A stretch of DNA of 64,000 nt from a virus (Duplodnaviria; Caudoviricetes). Below the pieces are notes generated by a model. The model did no database searches. It was not told the origin of the DNA and saw only the letters and a list, made by a program, of their open reading frames with translations. The position numbers were made by a program, and so were the translations under genes. Position 1 is the stretch's first letter; every line of letters begins with the position of its first letter. Shown here in pieces: positions 61,079 through 64,000 of the stretch. Location of the stretch: the IMG/VR virus record IMGVR_UViG_3300020046_005360; one strand, 5' to 3'.

Positions 61079-62941
61079 TTAAGTATTCAAATATTTTTCA
61101 TCAATTACTTCATTAGCATATTTAATAGTTTGTACAAGCATACGTTGTCCTGTACAAGTTATAGCAGAAGATAAGACCTTATAACCATCAGTAAAACGCC
61201 AACTATTGATGGCGAAGGCACCGTATACTGCGTTTAATAATACTTTATTTACTAATTGCTTACGATCATATAAATTTCCTAAATCTTCATTTCCATTTTT
61301 ATAAGCTTCTTCCATTTGTCTTTTAAACTCTTTCCTCATTCGGAACCAATCTGTAAGTACATCAGCTACAATACTTCTTTCATCAGTTCGGAAACAAACT
61401 CCGTTAGCAGATATAGTCCATTTCTTACTTTCTATAGTTTGAATAAGTTTTTCTACAGTAACTTTATTAGTTGAAAATTTATAAGTTTCTTTATTTAGAA
61501 TTTCGAATTCTAATTCAAGTTTAGGATCTTTATTTTTTAAATCTTCTAGCCCCCACCAAATATTTCGTGTTGGATTGTCTATAACAATTCTACCTACTAA
61601 GGTTTCGATTCCCAGATTAAGACTACGAATAATAGATGGATATAAACTCGCATAGTCATAGTCACTTAACCAGCGGTAGACACCGGGACATGGGTCGAGG
61701 AGGAAGCCTCCAGCATATCCTTCTTTTTTCTTAACTGTTTTTAGTTCGCGCGTCTTTAGTTCATTAGAAGCGGTTTTAACCACAACAAAATCACCATCAA
61801 TAGAATGTATTTCTCCCTCAATTGTTGATGTACCTCGCTGATGTACAACCAAGTCACCTTCGTTAAGTTCTTTAATTTCTTTGTTTACTGTAGTAGGTTT
61901 ATTATGAACAACTATTTTCTTACGTTTAAGGTAAGTAAGAATAGCTCCTTCATTTAATACAGTATTAAAATAAATAGATTCATAAGGGGTATGACATAAA
62001 TGGGAAATCAAAACTGTTAATTGTACGAATTGTAAATTTTCTTCCAATTTTTCCAATATCTCAACATCTCGAATATTATATTCGATATACTTTTCAGGAT
62101 CTTTAGCTAATAATTCGTCTAGATTACCAGAGTATTCAATTTTTCCTAATTTAGCATATTTTATCCCAATATTATTTAATGTATATGAAGGTTCTTCACG
62201 TGTGATATATTTCTTTAGAAGACGCATGAAATCCAAACTTGATATACCACCAATTGTTATTGGTTTATCAGGCATAGCTGGGTTATTAATTACCTTTTTA
62301 ATTGGGGATAATAAATTTGCTGTTTCTTCACCAAATATTTTAAGTATTCTGCAGTAAAGATATGGTATATCGAAGAAATCTGAATTATATCCTATCAGTA
62401 TGGTAGGGTCAATTTCTTTCCACATTTTCAAGAATTTATTAATCATATCCCTTTCAGAATAACACGTAATAACTGTGTTTATTCCGATTGTTTTATTTTC
62501 TAATTTACCTGCTGTATCTACAATCCAACATATTCTTTTCTTTTCTTTACCTTCAAAATAGGTTAAAGCAAGTGATGTTAATTCTGCAGGAGCTGCTTGT
62601 ATGTAACTAGGAGTTAATGAACCTAATAATTGGATCTCAATATCCAGGTAAACTATATTATGGAATGTAGGTTGTGAATCATCTTTGTAATAGAAATCTC
62701 TAAGTACTGCTACTTCTTTTGTGATATCCTTTTCTAAAATTTGATTATCAAACCAATCATACTTTCCTTCAACTTTAGAAACTTTTTTCCCGAATAGTGT
62801 TGTGTACTCACCTTCTTCATCTAATTGATAAACAGGGGGAGTGTATTTAAAACGTTTCCAACCCTGTTCATCGTCTTTCAAATAGGTATAACCACGATCT
62901 GGATTACCCTTTCTTCTCTCTTGATATATTGATAAATAGAT
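61079..62941 (-). CDS. family B DNA polymerase, N-terminal part (3'-5' exonuclease, motifs A and B); start uncertain (ATC 62941 or TTG 62881)
   Basis: DIE, GYNSDFFDIPY, YNIRDV, DYASLYPSII, KVLLNAVYG. Confidence 0.92.
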   Translation of the reverse strand: MYLSIYQERRKGNPDRGYTYLKDDEQGWKRFKYTPPVYQLDEEGEYTTLFGKKVSKVEGKYDWFDNQILEKDITKEVAVLRDFYYKDDSQPTFHNIVYLDIEIQLLGSLTPSYIQAAPAELTSLALTYFEGKEKKRICWIVDTAGKLENKTIGINTVITCYSERDMINKFLKMWKEIDPTILIGYNSDFFDIPYLYCRILKIFGEETANLLSPIKKVINNPAMPDKPITIGGISSLDFMRLLKKYITREEPSYTLNNIGIKYAKLGKIEYSGNLDELLAKDPEKYIEYNIRDVEILEKLEENLQFVQLTVLISHLCHTPYESIYFNTVLNEGAILTYLKRKKIVVHNKPTTVNKEIKELNEGDLVVHQRGTSTIEGEIHSIDGDFVVVKTASNELKTRELKTVKKKEGYAGGFLLDPCPGVYRWLSDYDYASLYPSIIRSLNLGIETLVGRIVIDNPTRNIWWGLEDLKNKDPKLELEFEILNKETYKFSTNKVTVEKLIQTIESKKWTISANGVCFRTDERSIVADVLTDWFRMRKEFKRQMEEAYKNGNEDLGNLYDRKQLVNKVLLNAVYGAFAINSWRFTDGYKVLSSAITCTGQRMLVQTIKYANEVIDEKYLNT

Positions 62942-62959
62942 AATATTAAATTTTAGTAG

Positions 62960-63148
62960 TTAATATATAATATATATTTTAGGATATCTCATTAAACAAC
63001 TTATACTTTTGGGAAATTTAATATGATATGGATTTTTCTTGAATAATTTCCAACCTAAATTATTAAGTTTATTTACATAATATTCCTCTTGTTTTATGGA
63101 TTTAATTTCTATTGGAAATTGGATATCGTTTGGATTATTTATTTTCAT
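62960..63148 (-). CDS. MK(V/I)NNP-family hypothetical protein
   Basis: MKINNPNDIQFPI...LGW...FP. Confidence 0.65.
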   Translation of the reverse strand: MKINNPNDIQFPIEIKSIKQEEYYVNKLNNLGWKLFKKNPYHIKFPKSISCLMRYPKIYIIY

Positions 63149-63346
63149 CGTAAACTATTTTAATGTATTAATTATACCAATCCCAAAATATTTATTATTA
63201 TAATTTTTAAATTTTTTAAAATAGTATGGGAAATCATCATTTGTATCCCCTCCTCTTAATTCCCAACCTATAGAAGTTAAATATCTCATAACTTTTATTT
63301 TTGTAAATATACGAAAGACAATCTAGGTCTCCTAAGAGACCTAATA

Positions 63347-63850
63347 TTATTTATTTTTACAACTTTCAATTTCTTCTGGTGTGAAAAATTGTTTTAAATT
63401 TGGTTTAAAATATGACAAAGATTTTTGGACTTTTTTATCTTTAGTACGATATACAACCCAATGATTATCTACTTTTTCATAATGACATGGAACTCCTAAT
63501 ATGTTTTCTCTATCTTTAACAGTATCTATAGCTTCTAATTCAGATAAACACAATTTAGACATATTAGACGCTTGTATTTCCTTATATACGTCTTGTATTT
63601 TATCTTTCATCCCATGCAACATAATACCATTACATAAAACATACATAATATCTCCAAGAGCATCTGCTACTCCTATTAAATCATTATTCTCACAAGCTTC
63701 TTTATACTCGTCTAATTCTTCTTTAATAAAATCATAAACAAATTCCCACTCCCATTTTTCTTTAGGAATATTTGGTTCATAATAATTAGGCTTATTCATA
63801 GCCTTATTGAAGGTTTCTACTTCATCAACGAACGGAACATTTTTATTCAT
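63347..63850 (-). CDS. MazG-like / PRA-PH all-alpha NTP pyrophosphohydrolase
   Basis: EELDEY...ADALGDIMYV...SNMSK...KVQKS. Confidence 0.88.
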   Translation of the reverse strand: MNKNVPFVDEVETFNKAMNKPNYYEPNIPKEKWEWEFVYDFIKEELDEYKEACENNDLIGVADALGDIMYVLCNGIMLHGMKDKIQDVYKEIQASNMSKLCLSELEAIDTVKDRENILGVPCHYEKVDNHWVVYRTKDKKVQKSLSYFKPNLKQFFTPEEIESCKNK

Positions 63851-64000
63851 ATTAAATATTTTGTTATTATTTTAATTCATCTATTAATTCCAAAATTTTC
63901 TTTTGAATTTTTTCTGCATCTTCATACTCCCAACCTAATTCAAATAAAGGCATATCAAATTCCTCTTCTTCCTTTCCTTCTTCCTTTACTCTTTTAGTTA

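Larger units (their letters stand above)
968..63315 (-). promoter_or_regulatory. dispersed early promoter motif (T/A)TCGTATATTTAC, ~30 copies
   Basis: Plus-strand gtaaatatacga (or 1-nt variant) at ~4142, 11241, 11683, 13926, 15028, 15365, 15547, 15944, 17513, 18720, 19302, 20350, 23100, 23212, 23299, 23585, 25813, 28311, 31759, 33421, 34630, 37088, 43697, 60084, 63303; mostly just upstream of minus-strand genes; resembles Bacteroidota -7 TAnnTTTG with -33 TTTG. Confidence 0.85.

Noticed and set aside
57878-61079. Group I intron or split intein joining the polB halves
   Set aside because: No intein terminal residues or recognisable intron core; the gap holds six ordinary genes and a promoter.
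12479-63737. Plus-strand ORFs such as 52541..53122, 22706..22999, 26665..26877, 57268..57513
   Set aside because: Antisense shadows of well-supported minus-strand genes, with no plausible protein motifs or promoters.
1-64000. Stop-codon reassignment (alternative genetic code)
   Set aside because: Long core genes translate intact in code 11, and TAA, TAG and TGA all terminate YEIY genes at the same position.

Overview
AT-rich (roughly 25-30% GC by eye), gene-dense segment of a large lytic dsDNA phage with T4-like replication genes. The host is most likely Bacteroidota/Flavobacteriia, from TTTG-N~20-TATATTTA promoters, no obvious Shine-Dalgarno and a DUF4494-like gene. Essentially all real genes are on the minus strand. 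Layout: 4.2-11.5 kb is a tRNA operon (25 tRNAs covering all 20 amino acids, degenerate tRNAs, a circularly permuted two-piece tmRNA, HNH endonucleases that appear to have truncated and replaced tRNAs, and a leader-peptide/terminator at its head). 12-36 kb is an early accessory region with ~30 small, mostly unrelated proteins that all end in the same C-terminal peptide (E/x)-P-x-Y-E-I-Y-stop, plus DNA ligase, a candidate ~480-nt structured ncRNA and a tRNA-like RNA. 39-47 kb is a glycosyltransferase/acyltransferase cluster. 47-64 kb is the core module (Cas4-like exonuclease, clamp loader, GroEL/GroES, sliding clamp, split family-B DNA polymerase, MazG-like NTP pyrophosphatase). The most striking unexplained system is the shared 'YEIY' C-terminal tag on a library of diverse small proteins. 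Several single-base frameshifts in homopolymers suggest some sequencing error. All calls come from reading motifs by eye; no database searches were run.
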